From Synechococcales cyanobacterium VAR_4_metabat_354 (lineage in GTDB: Bacteria; Cyanobacteriota; Cyanobacteriia; Cyanobacteriales; Chamaesiphonaceae), in assembly GCA_031414775.1 (NCBI GenBank), contig JANOQI010000016.1, positions 224,001 through 288,000 on the forward strand: a DNA stretch of 64,000 bases. Direction: 5' to 3'. A model generated the notes under the pieces. The model saw only the letters and a list, made by a program, of their open reading frames with translations, searched no databases and was not told the DNA's origin. The translations under genes were made by a program, and so were the position numbers. This document shows positions 1-10,185 of this stretch, one piece after another (the stretch's first letter is position 1; each line of letters opens with the position of its first letter).

Positions 1-1162
1 ATACATCGTTGACTGCCCAGCGGTAGCGATTGGTCATGCCTAATGCTTGCTTTTCGAGGAAACCTACTCGCAAATTTTTGACTTGTAAGAGCGCTGGTTG
101 ATGGTAGTCCGCCTTGGCTGTGAAAGTTCGATCGATCTCGTATTCTAGTTCCCGCTCATCGATCACTGCCATGCCGCTATCACGGTCTACTACTTCGATA
201 AAATCTTGGACGGTGGGCAAATACTGAATATGTTGGTTGACTTGGGGGCGACAGGCGAGTAGACCCTTGGTATAGGGATGCTGGGGATTGTCAAAGAGCT
301 GTTGCACTGTTTGATGCTCTACGATTTTTCCTTGGTACATTACCGCTACGGTATCGGCCACCGTAGATACTACGGCCAAGTCATGGGAAATAAAGATCAT
401 GGACATTTGCCGTTGCTCTTTGAGCTGGCGCAGCAAGAGCAGAATCTCGGCTTGGATGGTCACATCTAAGGCGGTCGTTGGTTCATCAGCAATCAATAGA
501 ACAGGATTGCAAGAAATCGCCATAGCGATCGCCACCCGCTGGAGCTGACCACCAGAGAGTTGATGAGGATACCGATCGAGAAAGTCTAATTGGTATCTTT
601 GAATGTATTCAGTAACTGCGGCTTCATTTATTTGCGGAGCATTGGGATGAAGGTCACTGTATTGTTGGCGGAGTCGCTCATCACCAGGAATTAGCTGGAC
701 TTCCTGTAACCGTTCAATGGCCTCCAGCTGAGCGCTTTTCGCAGAAATCTCTTGGTGTTGCAGGATCGCTTCGATGAGCTGAAAGCCGATCGTAAAGACC
801 GGATTGAAAGAACTCATCGGCTCTTGAAAAATCTGGCTAATCTGGCCGCCCCGATAGTTTCGTCGGAATTTCTCTGGCAAAGTACAAAGATCAATTGCTT
901 TAGACAGCTGCTCTTGCTGGTAATTAAAACTCCGAAACAAAATTTCTCCGTCCACGAAACAAGAAGTGGGCAAGAGTCCCATAATTGCTAAGGCTGTGAC
1001 TGACTTGCCAGATCCTGATTCGCCCACAATGCCAATGGTTTGCCCGCGCTGCAAACTAAAAGAAATACTATTGACCGCTGGTACCAGTCGATTATTCACC
1101 TTAAACCCGACGCGCAGATCGCGGATGTCTAAAACATGGGGAGGAGTGATGCTTTGTACCAT
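1..1162 (-). CDS. Dipeptide/oligopeptide-type ABC transporter ATP-binding protein (partial, runs off window start)
   Basis: Hand translation from ATG at 1162: MVQSITPPHVLDIRDLRV...GIVGESGSGKSVTAL (Walker A), later LSGGQLQRVAIAMAISCNPVLLIADEPTTALDVT (signature and Walker B); absent from the ORF track because it is truncated. Confidence 0.9.
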   Translation of the reverse strand, partial: MVQSITPPHVLDIRDLRVGFKVNNRLVPAVNSISFSLQRGQTIGIVGESGSGKSVTALAIMGLLPTSCFVDGEILFRSFNYQQEQLSKAIDLCTLPEKFRRNYRGGQISQIFQEPMSSFNPVFTIGFQLIEAILQHQEISAKSAQLEAIERLQEVQLIPGDERLRQQYSDLHPNAPQINEAAVTEYIQRYQLDFLDRYPHQLSGGQLQRVAIAMAISCNPVLLIADEPTTALDVTIQAEILLLLRQLKEQRQMSMIFISHDLAVVSTVADTVAVMYQGKIVEHQTVQQLFDNPQHPYTKGLLACRPQVNQHIQYLPTVQDFIEVVDRDSGMAVIDERELEYEIDRTFTAKADYHQPALLQVKNLRVGFLEKQALGMTNRYRWAVNDV

Positions 1163-1202
1163 AGGAATCGGGGGAATAGTAAATTTTTTTGATTATTGGG
1201 GT

Positions 1203-4100
1203 CTACTTGGTCGCCATCCAATTAGCGCCCTGGCCAATTTCTATCAGCAGCGGCACCTTTAGTTGCACAGCACTCTCCATAATCTGCTTAATTTGGGGTT
1301 GGAGTTCCTCCCATTCATTATTGGGCATCTCTAGCACCAGTTCATCATGTACTTGCAATAAAATGTTAGCTTGATAATCTTGCAGTAATTGGTGCAGTTT
1401 AATCATCGCTATCTTAATAATATCGGCACTGGAACCCTGAATGGGGGCATTAGCAGCTTGGCGCAGGATGCTGGCATCATTGTTGCTGATCTTACCTAAA
1501 TCATCTAAATTAATATCTGCAATCGGAGTTCCCTGTATCCTCCGTAGTCTCCCACTCTCAAATCGAAAGTAGCGGCGACGACCACAGATGGTTTCTACGA
1601 AGCCCTGACTAAGCACCTGTTTTTTGACTTGTTCTAAGTACCTGAAAATCCCGGCATATCGATCGTAGTATTTTTCAATAAATTCTTTACCAACTGCATT
1701 AGTTACGTTGGCCTCCCGTGCAAACTTCGCTGCGCCCATGCCGTAGATCACGCCAAAGTTGATGATTTTTCCCAAGCGTCGTTCTTCTTTACTGATTTCT
1801 GATTTCTCAAATAGTAATCTAGCGGTGACAGCATGGATATCCTCCTGGTGCTGATAGGCTTGCACCAGCACCGGCTCTTGGCTGAGGTGTGCCAAAATGC
1901 GTAGTTCAATTTGAGAATAATCGGCGCTTACTAGCGTCCAGCCAGCCTTGGGCAAAAAGGCTTGGCGTAGTTGCCGACTGAATTCGGTACGAATCGGAAT
2001 ATTTTGGAGGTTTGGTTCGGAGGAAGACAAGCGGCCAGTACTGGTGACGGCTTGGTTGAAATCAGTGTGTACCCGACCGGTTTGGGGGTGTACCAATTTA
2101 GGCAAAGCATCAGTATAGGTAGATTTCAGCTTGGATAGAGTACGATGCTGGAGAATCAGATCGACGACTGGATGTTGACCTTCCAGTTTTTCCAGGGTCT
2201 GGGCATCGGTTGATAAGCCGGACTGAGTTTTCCGAATGCCCTTAGTAGGCAGACCCAATTGTTCAAACATTAACTCGGCCATCTGTTTGGGCGAGGCCAT
2301 ATTAAATTCGTTACCGGCAGCGGCATAAGCCTGTTTTTCGATTTGCTCTAATTCAGTCGCCAACTGTTGAGAAAAAGATGCCAAATATTCCACATCAATC
2401 CGAATACCTCGGTCTTCGATATCGGCCAGTACTGGTTCTAAGGGCATTTCGATCGCCTGCCACAGCTTCAGCAAGGTCGGCTGCTCGCTCAGAGCTGCTT
2501 TGAGGTGGGCAAATACGCCTCTGGTGGCGTAAACATCCATGCCACAGTATTGAGCCACTGCTGGAATGTCAATATTAGCAATGGTTTGGCCTTTCGGGAC
2601 TAGCTCTTTGTAGCTGGTGGAATCCAAACGCAGATAACGTTTAGCTAAGTCAGTGAGATTATTTTTCTGATCAGGATTGAGGACGTAACTGGCTAACATG
2701 GTATCGGCCACCACTCCAGCTAAGGTAATTCCTTGATGACGCAGAATCAATCGATCGAACTTAGCATTTTGTAGAACCTTCGGATAATGCTCACCTTCTA
2801 AGATCGATCGCAGATGCTGAAAAACTATTTCCTGACTAAGATTTTGCCCCTCTAGATGATTGATCGGAATATAGGCCACATCCTGAACCTCGGCTCCCCA
2901 ACAACAGCCGATGCCCACTAGCTGCACATCTCTAGCAATCAAGCCGGTTGTTTCCGTGTCCCAGGCGACTGGCTGCTCCGGGTCTTGTTGCTGTTCGAGA
3001 ATAGCTACTAATTCTTGTAATTTGTCTGCGGTATCGACCAGCATCAAAGGTAAAAATATTTTTTTCAGCGGGGGTGGAGCATTTAATTCATCGACGGCAC
3101 TAAAAAACCAAATATCATCGTCATCGTCATCACTCACTGCTAGCGGTTGTTTTTTAGTCTTCGTCGCCACCCCACTCAGAGCAACGGCAATAGATTGGAT
3201 GTCTTTAATAAACTTTTGTAGCTCTAGCCTCTCTAGCATCGGCAACACGCGCTCGGGCTGGAAACCTTGGAGCTTAGTCTCAGCTAAGTCAATTTCCAGC
3301 GGCACATCGATGACAATTCTGGCTAAATGCTGGGAGTGGTAGGCACTGTCTTTCCCTTCTTTCAGTTTGATTTGCTTGCTACCTTTGACTTGTTCGATCG
3401 ACTCATAAACCCCATCTAAGGTCTCAAATTCCTGCAATAGGGGGGCGGCACTTTTGGCTCCAATGCCGCGCACCCCCGGAATACAGTCAGATGGGTCGCC
3501 ACACAACGCTTTATAGTCCACAATCTGGTCAGGACGCACCGCCATTTTGTCGAAAACCGCTTTTTCGTCAAAAATTGCTGGCCCTCCACTGCTGCGCTGA
3601 TAGGGACTTCCCGAAAAATACAAAACACTGACTTGCTCTTGGTCGTTCACTAGCTGAAACATATCCTTATCGCCAGAAGCAATTTTGACCTGATAACCCT
3701 CGCTACTGGCGCGGGTTGCCAAAGTGCCGAGCACATCATCAGCTTCATAACCAATCGCCGTAACCATCGGGATATTGAGAGCCTTCAAAAGTTGGTAAAG
3801 GTTTTGAATGTCTGGGATAAAGTCTTCTGGGGTTTCTTGTCGATCGCCTTTATAGTTAGCATCCATCTCATGGCGAAAAGTTGGATTGGGCAAGTCAAAG
3901 GCGATTGCTAAGTGCTGCGGCTGATAGGTATTCACAATTTCCAGCAGCGACTTCAAAAAGCCAAAACAGATGCTGGTGGGAATACCATCAGTAGTTTTCA
4001 TGCCACCATCTTTATTCTTGGCGTAGGCATAGAAAGATCTAAATGCTAGGGAATGGCCATCAATTAATAGCAATTGAGGAGAAGATGAGTTCATTATCAC
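1203..4100 (-). CDS. polA: DNA polymerase I
   Basis: 5'-3' exonuclease (LLIDGHSLAFR, YEADD), 3'-5' exonuclease (WDTETTG), polymerase motifs ADYSQIELRILAH and LQVHDELV; exact start uncertain by a few codons. Confidence 0.98.
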   Translation of the reverse strand: MIMNSSSPQLLLIDGHSLAFRSFYAYAKNKDGGMKTTDGIPTSICFGFLKSLLEIVNTYQPQHLAIAFDLPNPTFRHEMDANYKGDRQETPEDFIPDIQNLYQLLKALNIPMVTAIGYEADDVLGTLATRASSEGYQVKIASGDKDMFQLVNDQEQVSVLYFSGSPYQRSSGGPAIFDEKAVFDKMAVRPDQIVDYKALCGDPSDCIPGVRGIGAKSAAPLLQEFETLDGVYESIEQVKGSKQIKLKEGKDSAYHSQHLARIVIDVPLEIDLAETKLQGFQPERVLPMLERLELQKFIKDIQSIAVALSGVATKTKKQPLAVSDDDDDDIWFFSAVDELNAPPPLKKIFLPLMLVDTADKLQELVAILEQQQDPEQPVAWDTETTGLIARDVQLVGIGCCWGAEVQDVAYIPINHLEGQNLSQEIVFQHLRSILEGEHYPKVLQNAKFDRLILRHQGITLAGVVADTMLASYVLNPDQKNNLTDLAKRYLRLDSTSYKELVPKGQTIANIDIPAVAQYCGMDVYATRGVFAHLKAALSEQPTLLKLWQAIEMPLEPVLADIEDRGIRIDVEYLASFSQQLATELEQIEKQAYAAAGNEFNMASPKQMAELMFEQLGLPTKGIRKTQSGLSTDAQTLEKLEGQHPVVDLILQHRTLSKLKSTYTDALPKLVHPQTGRVHTDFNQAVTSTGRLSSSEPNLQNIPIRTEFSRQLRQAFLPKAGWTLVSADYSQIELRILAHLSQEPVLVQAYQHQEDIHAVTARLLFEKSEISKEERRLGKIINFGVIYGMGAAKFAREANVTNAVGKEFIEKYYDRYAGIFRYLEQVKKQVLSQGFVETICGRRRYFRFESGRLRRIQGTPIADINLDDLGKISNNDASILRQAANAPIQGSSADIIKIAMIKLHQLLQDYQANILLQVHDELVLEMPNNEWEELQPQIKQIMESAVQLKVPLLIEIGQGANWMATK

Positions 4101-4248
4101 GCAAAATAGAACCGTTGTATTAATATAGCAAAAGCTTGGCAGTTCTGAAAAATACCATAATCTTCGTTATCACAACAAAATAGGCACTGATTGGTCGCTC
4201 AGTACCCATTTTGATTTGTTTATCCGCAGATCTCAACTTCCCTCTCAA

Positions 4249-5883
4249 TTAGCCAGTTCTACCACCTATTCGTCTAGTCTTAGCTAGTTTGGTCTCTCCA
4301 GACAGCCCCGTTAACTCTTTATTAATTAACTTGGATAGTTCTTTACTATTCATCAAAGACACATCCATACTACTTAAATCAGAGACATCCCAGATGTTTA
4401 GGTCATCAGAGAAGTCATAGTCGTTTTGGTGACGACTTCTGACTAACTGCATGCTAGAGCTATTGGCTCGTTTCTTGTCTCGTCTAGCTAGAAATAGAAT
4501 CATACTGCTTGCCAAGAAAAGACCACTTAAACCACCAAGCAATAGAAATAAAGTCTTTTTCCCAGCGGCTGGAGTATTGGGAATATCTGCTCTTGAAATA
4601 ATCCGGGCAGAAGACTTCTTATCATTTTCAGCCAACTGTAATTCTTCAGATTTTTTCAGTAGATTTTGATAAGTAGTTTGTGGTATCTCTAGTCTTCTTT
4701 CCAAGTCACGCAGCTGTTGTTCCAGCTGCGGTAAGATTTTCAGTCGGGGTTCATAAACTGCTTTGGAGTTGTATAGAGAGGCTAACTTTTGAGCTGTCCC
4801 CAATCTTTGAACTTCCGATTGGAGAAAATTCGATATCATCGTTTGCTTCAATTCCCCCATCTCGATCAGTCCCATTTTGGCTGGCGCCTGTGGCCCAGCA
4901 ATTTGTACGACTTCTTGCTGTAAAAGTTTGCTCAAACTGGCTCTTTTAGCTGACAAATCAACAATTATCGGATTTTCATCTTGAAATTGACCCCGAGCCG
5001 ATGCTATTTGCCGCTCCAAATCTTTCAGTTGTAACAATGTTTCTTTTACTGTATTCGATTGGCTCAGAGCACTAGCCACCATTGCATCTTGAGCACTCAG
5101 ACCGACATTCGATCGAAGTTGATTGGTTTGGGCTGTAATTTGACCCAACTCAGATTTGGAAGCATCAATTTGATTATCTATAGTTCTAAGAGCGGCAACT
5201 GCGGTCTTCTTTTCCTCAGCTAAATCTACAACGCTATACTTTTGTTTGAAGGTGCTTAGCGCCACCTCTGCTTTCTGGACAGCCTGATTATATAAAGGTA
5301 GCTGCTTACTGATTAATGATAAAGTGCCTTTCGCATCAGAGCGATTTACAAAAACATCATTCTCTATATACAGATCCATCAACGTATTGACTACTGCTGC
5401 GGCTACTTCTGGCTTTTCATTCTCGTAGTCAATTGTTAGTACATCTGTGCCGCCAATAACCTTGATCTTGAGAGCTTTTGCTAGGTTATCAGCTAATAAG
5501 ACTTTCCCTTGAGTATCTTTGGGCTGTATTTTGTCAATAGTTTTCTGTAGTAAGGAATTAGATAAAATTACTTGTACCTGCGTATTAACAGGACTTTGGT
5601 TTTGCACCAGTGGGATTAAATCTCCTTTGGCGTTAGCCGAATCTTTGTCTGATGATGACAAGGTAAAGGGGGCAGCTTTAAAAAGGAGCTTACCAGTTGT
5701 TTCATAAGTAGGCTTAAGCAGAGTTGTTGCCAGAGCACTGATGGCCAGAGATGAAAGAAAGATGCTGACAGCAGGGATCCAATGACGGCTGATCGTTGAG
5801 GAATAACGATTTAAATCTACATCAATAGTATCTCTATATTCCTTGGCAGATTGTCGAATGAACGATTGGCGTGAAAGTGTCAT
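4249..5883 (-). CDS. GumC/Wzc-like polysaccharide chain-length determinant without a C-terminal tyrosine kinase domain
   Basis: Two TM segments flanking a long coiled-coil region, PTYETTGKLL motif, Pro-rich segment before TM2; no Walker A in the tail. Confidence 0.85.
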   Translation of the reverse strand: MTLSRQSFIRQSAKEYRDTIDVDLNRYSSTISRHWIPAVSIFLSSLAISALATTLLKPTYETTGKLLFKAAPFTLSSSDKDSANAKGDLIPLVQNQSPVNTQVQVILSNSLLQKTIDKIQPKDTQGKVLLADNLAKALKIKVIGGTDVLTIDYENEKPEVAAAVVNTLMDLYIENDVFVNRSDAKGTLSLISKQLPLYNQAVQKAEVALSTFKQKYSVVDLAEEKKTAVAALRTIDNQIDASKSELGQITAQTNQLRSNVGLSAQDAMVASALSQSNTVKETLLQLKDLERQIASARGQFQDENPIIVDLSAKRASLSKLLQQEVVQIAGPQAPAKMGLIEMGELKQTMISNFLQSEVQRLGTAQKLASLYNSKAVYEPRLKILPQLEQQLRDLERRLEIPQTTYQNLLKKSEELQLAENDKKSSARIISRADIPNTPAAGKKTLFLLLGGLSGLFLASSMILFLARRDKKRANSSSMQLVRSRHQNDYDFSDDLNIWDVSDLSSMDVSLMNSKELSKLINKELTGLSGETKLAKTRRIGGRTG

Positions 5884-6165
5884 TTAAGCTACCTTTTACA
5901 TCTCTCTAATATCTATTAATTCATCTGTACCGAAAATGTGGAAAATTTGGGCTAGACTTGGTACCACTATAACCGGAAGCTGTGTCTATGAGACACGCAA
6001 AAATTGCTGAAGTTAAAGGACAAAGCTTTACTATAAATTGCTGACACTGAGTTTTGGCAAGTTAAGAGAAATATCTCTTTCCCCAGTTTGACAGTAGCTA
6101 CGTTAGTTTTTATTTAGGAAAAGCTGCTTTAAAAAATCCTTTGCTCTAGAGGATTGGGATGTAAT

Positions 6166-7500
6166 TCAAAAGTGTTGATCTATGCTTGAAAGTGTAAATT
6201 CAGATGCACTAGACCGAGAAGCTTTGCTTTTTTTGGCTTGACGCCAAAAAGTTGATAGTTCGGCCTCGATCGGTAGATTGAGGGATAAAAGTAAAGATGT
6301 TTGAATAATATAAAGAAAACTATTGGCTTGAACAAGGCCACTTTCGGCAATATTAGATACTAGGATAAAGATAAAAAATATTGCTGGCCACAGACCATCA
6401 GCTGTTTGCACCTGCTTAATATAAAAAAGTGCCCGTTTCAAACCAATAAAAAATACAAACATGTACATTAAGAAACCGATTAGTCCTACATCAAGAAAAA
6501 GCTCTAGATAACCACTGTGAGGATGCATTGCTTTGAAAGGTTGTGCTAACCAAACATAAGCAGATGGACCATCAAACCCTTGCCAAAAAGCACCATATCC
6601 GTAACCTAGCCAAGGACTTTCTTGAATCTTATCCATTACAGAAGCCCACAGTTCCGTTCGACCAGTTAACGATGAATCTTTACCTAATACGTCAAAAATC
6701 ACACCACTATTTGATGAAGCCATGGTGTATAAAATAAACGAAACCGATGATATACCAGCTAGTACGGGAATCATTAATTCATAGTTTAAGCGCAGAATTG
6801 GTAATAAGAAGAGAGCTGTACCCATTATTAAAATATTTATGGCAGCTGATGATGATCTGGATAAGACTACCAATAATATTGAAATGCCAGCTAAAACCCA
6901 AAAGAACCAAGATTTTTCAGAATTTTTCTGAGAACTTTGAGCTAGTAGGAGAAAAACAGTAGCGGCAATTGACATAAATGGACCAAATGCATTTTTATGC
7001 ATATATATCCCTCTCCAAGCTCCAGTATGAACGCCAGCCATAATTCCATAATTTGGTAAACCGATAACGAACAAAAAGCTCATCACAATAATGACAAAAG
7101 ATACCCATCCTAACAACTGTAATTGTTCTTTTAAGCTGTAGCGACTGGCTAAGTAGAATGCGAAAAATGTTGTGCCGGTGAAGAGAAGTGTATGGTTGAA
7201 TGTTGCTGATGGTGTTTGAGACCATATATTAGAGAAGATGATTATGCCAGTGAAAAGACAAATTGGCCAACCTCTGACTACCAAAGGCAATACCTTTTTC
7301 CATCTCAAAATTAGTAAGAAAAAACTAATAGCATAAATTACCAGATACAAGAATATTACCAACGGCATACTAGTAACGCTGTCGGTGCCGTCACCTTCAC
7401 TGGTGCCTCCATCCAAAATAACCATTAATGGTCCGCCGGATAGATGAACTAAAGCCAATATGGCAAAAGGTTTTTCCAGTGAAAATAATATTTTTTGCAT
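6166..7500 (-). CDS. O-antigen ligase / Wzy-like polysaccharide polymerase family membrane protein
   Basis: Multi-TM; GAWRGIYMHKN, LTGRTELW, PWLGYGYGAFW and HPHSGYL motifs. Confidence 0.88.
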   Translation of the reverse strand: MQKILFSLEKPFAILALVHLSGGPLMVILDGGTSEGDGTDSVTSMPLVIFLYLVIYAISFFLLILRWKKVLPLVVRGWPICLFTGIIIFSNIWSQTPSATFNHTLLFTGTTFFAFYLASRYSLKEQLQLLGWVSFVIIVMSFLFVIGLPNYGIMAGVHTGAWRGIYMHKNAFGPFMSIAATVFLLLAQSSQKNSEKSWFFWVLAGISILLVVLSRSSSAAINILIMGTALFLLPILRLNYELMIPVLAGISSVSFILYTMASSNSGVIFDVLGKDSSLTGRTELWASVMDKIQESPWLGYGYGAFWQGFDGPSAYVWLAQPFKAMHPHSGYLELFLDVGLIGFLMYMFVFFIGLKRALFYIKQVQTADGLWPAIFFIFILVSNIAESGLVQANSFLYIIQTSLLLSLNLPIEAELSTFWRQAKKSKASRSSASEFTLSSIDQHF

Positions 7501-8301
7501 GAATAAATAGGTCTATTTAGCCTTGATATATTAACAGTTTTAGAGTGAATATAGTGGTCATGAAAGGTTGCCGCTGAATAGTATTTTTACCTTTTAATCT
7601 CTAAGTTATTTTTGGTATTTGTTGTCTTATGGGCAACTTATTGCTTAGATATATGACCAGTTTAGAATTTTCAATCTTGCCAAACTTTGAGCAAATTAAA
7701 TACATGAGTCATGGATGACTAGACAATTTCTTTCTAGAAAGACTGTTTGATTGTTTTTTATATGTATTTTGCTTAAACATTTATCTATATTGTGAGTAAT
7801 TATATCAAAGGGAACTGATCATGACCTCAGTATTTTGGCCATAATTTGTTTTTCAGTCTTGTTGTGTTTTGATAGTGAAAATGGCGAAGACCATTTCACC
7901 TGCTTCAAAATCCAATCTGATTTTTGTTTCCAGCGCTGGTTTCTTGATATCTTTTGACATGATTTTCAGGAAGTCTCAGACTGTCTTTGGTCTAGTCACA
8001 AAGTTATGGTGCCTGATTATTGATGATGATTTTAGAATATCTCAATGTCAGTAATAGGATCAAGCTATTGCTAGTTATGAACTGTTATTACAAATACTCT
8101 GAAAAGGAAGATTATTTTAGTAAAAGATTATACGTAAATATTCTAGCTGTCCGAATTATTGAGAACTGAATTGATGTGTAGACTTTTGCCTTTTCTCAAT
8201 CAGCAATTCAGTTTCTACGCCTTGCTGGTATGAGATTTACAGGGAAGTTATAAGTCACTGCGAGTATTATCTAGTATCGGTTGCCATATGTCTGCAATAA
8301 T

Positions 8302-9465
8302 TCAGAGCGATCGAACTGATTCTACCCAGCTACTGACTAGTAGTCTTTGACAAGCCCCATTGGGTTGCAAACAATAGATACCACTGCCGTTGGTATAGAC
8401 GATCGAACCATCATGGCTAAGATCGTAGGATAGTACTCCTTGAGCTAGCACTTGTGGTTCACCACCTTGCAATGATTGGCGCACTAACTGCCAGCTAGCT
8501 GGCACTAAGGAGGGAGCATCTGGCTCGCTAAAAGACTGCCCTTTCATCAGATCTGGATTGAGGTATTCGCCCCAAGCTTTAATACCCTTGGGTTGAACTT
8601 GTTGGTTTTGATTGGTACGCAGCAGAGGTTTACCCGTATACATTTGGGTGAAAAAGTTGAAAAAACGAAACATAGCTTCAACTAGCTGAACAGGTAGCAA
8701 CAACATGTTCTTAATTGTTTGCCACAAACTTGTCTGGGGCTTGAATTGATAAGGACGGCGAATGTAATAAAGTAATCCATCGGCACCAATTTGAGGCGCT
8801 ACCAAATCGGACTTAGGATCAGCGGCCAGCGTATTCATCTCTTCGGTGTCAAAATCTAACTTCTCGATCGTAAATGGTGCCCGATCGCCCACGAAGCCAT
8901 CACTGGTGCGACCAATCCCGGCCGATTGATACACAATTACTTGGTGCTGCCCTGGCACCCACCGTGGAGCCAAATCTAAGGAATCGCCTTCAGTTATTTC
9001 TTGCAGCTTAATGCTGTCACGAGGCATAGTGGCAATATTAGCAATACCGGTACGGTGGGTTTTGGTGCAGACAATTAAATTATGGCCGGGATGAAAATCA
9101 GGATCTTGCACCTGAAATTCAGAATTATGGAAGAGCCGATCCTCTCGATCGGACTCCGGGCTATAGGCAAATAGACCGGACACATTGCCAGCACTCAGCG
9201 CATAGAGCAACTGCCCGCCAGTCACCTGACAGATGCTAGTGATGGCGATATTGATGATCGATTCAGCTGCTTGGTCGAGCTTCTGCCGTAAACCCTCTGG
9301 TACAGTCGTCTCGTTCAAGCTTTTATTTTTCCAAGCTTTTTGACGTTGCGCCTGCAAATTACGAGCTTGAACTGACCTACCAAAATCACTTTCCACTTCC
9401 TGATGGCGATCAGTATGGTGTAAATAAAGTTTGCCTTGAGACAAGTAGGCGAAATTTGGAGTCAT
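8302..9465 (-). CDS. Hypothetical protein, possible TolB-like beta-propeller
   Basis: Long ORF; probable start MTPNFAY at 9465 (ORF-track extension to 9600 looks spurious); PD40-like segments (DPDFHP, APRWVP, APQIGADG). Confidence 0.65.
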   Translation of the reverse strand: MTPNFAYLSQGKLYLHHTDRHQEVESDFGRSVQARNLQAQRQKAWKNKSLNETTVPEGLRQKLDQAAESIINIAITSICQVTGGQLLYALSAGNVSGLFAYSPESDREDRLFHNSEFQVQDPDFHPGHNLIVCTKTHRTGIANIATMPRDSIKLQEITEGDSLDLAPRWVPGQHQVIVYQSAGIGRTSDGFVGDRAPFTIEKLDFDTEEMNTLAADPKSDLVAPQIGADGLLYYIRRPYQFKPQTSLWQTIKNMLLLPVQLVEAMFRFFNFFTQMYTGKPLLRTNQNQQVQPKGIKAWGEYLNPDLMKGQSFSEPDAPSLVPASWQLVRQSLQGGEPQVLAQGVLSYDLSHDGSIVYTNGSGIYCLQPNGACQRLLVSSWVESVRSL

Positions 9466-9623
9466 ACAGAAGATGCGGCAAACGAACATACTGTTCATTA
9501 TGCCCATAATCTTAAGTTTCCGGACATTGATTTTTTGATCGGATCTCTTGCCGCCCAAGGTATTCTCATGACATAATAAAAAATTGTGTTTAATTTTCAA
9601 TCCTTTCTGGGATCTAGGAGTCT

Positions 9624-9818
9624 ATGGCAGCCAAAAAGGGAGTTCGGATTATCATTACGCTCGAATGCACCGAGTGTCGGACTAATCTAGCGAAGCGCTC
9701 ACCCGGCGTATCGCGTTACACCACCACCAAAAACCGTCGCAATACTACTGCCCGGTTAGAGGTCAAGAAATTTTGTACGCACTGTAACAAACACACAGTC
9801 CACAAAGAAATCAAGTAA
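9624..9818 (+). CDS. rpmG: 50S ribosomal protein L33
   Basis: ITLECTECR...[35 protein letters not shown]. Confidence 0.98.
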   Translation: MAAKKGVRIIITLECTECRTNLAKRSPGVSRYTTTKNRRNTTARLEVKKFCTHCNKHTVHKEIK

Positions 9819-9868
9819 TTAGCGGTATTACCGTTTATACCAATTCACTAAAATTTTAATTAATTATC

Positions 9869-10084
9869 ATGGCTTACTTTCGCAAGCGCCTTTCTCCCAT
9901 TAAACCGGGCGATCCGATCGATTACAAAGATGTTGAACTGCTCCGTAAATTTGTGACTGAGCGGGGCAAATTGTTACCGCGTCGCATTACCGGACTCACT
10001 GCTAAGCAGCAACGAGACGTGACTCTAGCCATTAAACGTTCACGTCAGATTGCTCTGATGCCCTTTATTAACGCCGAAGGTTAA
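9869..10084 (+). CDS. rpsR: 30S ribosomal protein S18
   Basis: [26 protein letters not shown]; follows rpmG. Confidence 0.98.
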   Translation: MAYFRKRLSPIKPGDPIDYKDVELLRKFVTERGKLLPRRITGLTAKQQRDVTLAIKRSRQIALMPFINAEG

Positions 10085-10185
10085 TCATAAGTTGATCATG
10101 CAGATCGATAGGAATGCCTAGCTAGAGCTAAAATAAAAGCTAGGCATAGCCGCCTGCATCATTACATCACAAGGTAGTTAACTGG

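Noticed and set aside
278..1374. Plus-strand ORFs 278..469, 752..991, 966..1262 and 1189..1374
   Set aside because: Antisense shadows of the ABC ATPase and polA; the same applies to most short ORF-track entries overlapping long genes
7853..7960. 35-aa minus-strand ORF MSKDIKKPALETKIRLDF... and the plus-strand 61-aa ORF in the 800-bp AT-rich spacer
   Set aside because: No recognisable motif or clear RBS; cannot be distinguished from chance
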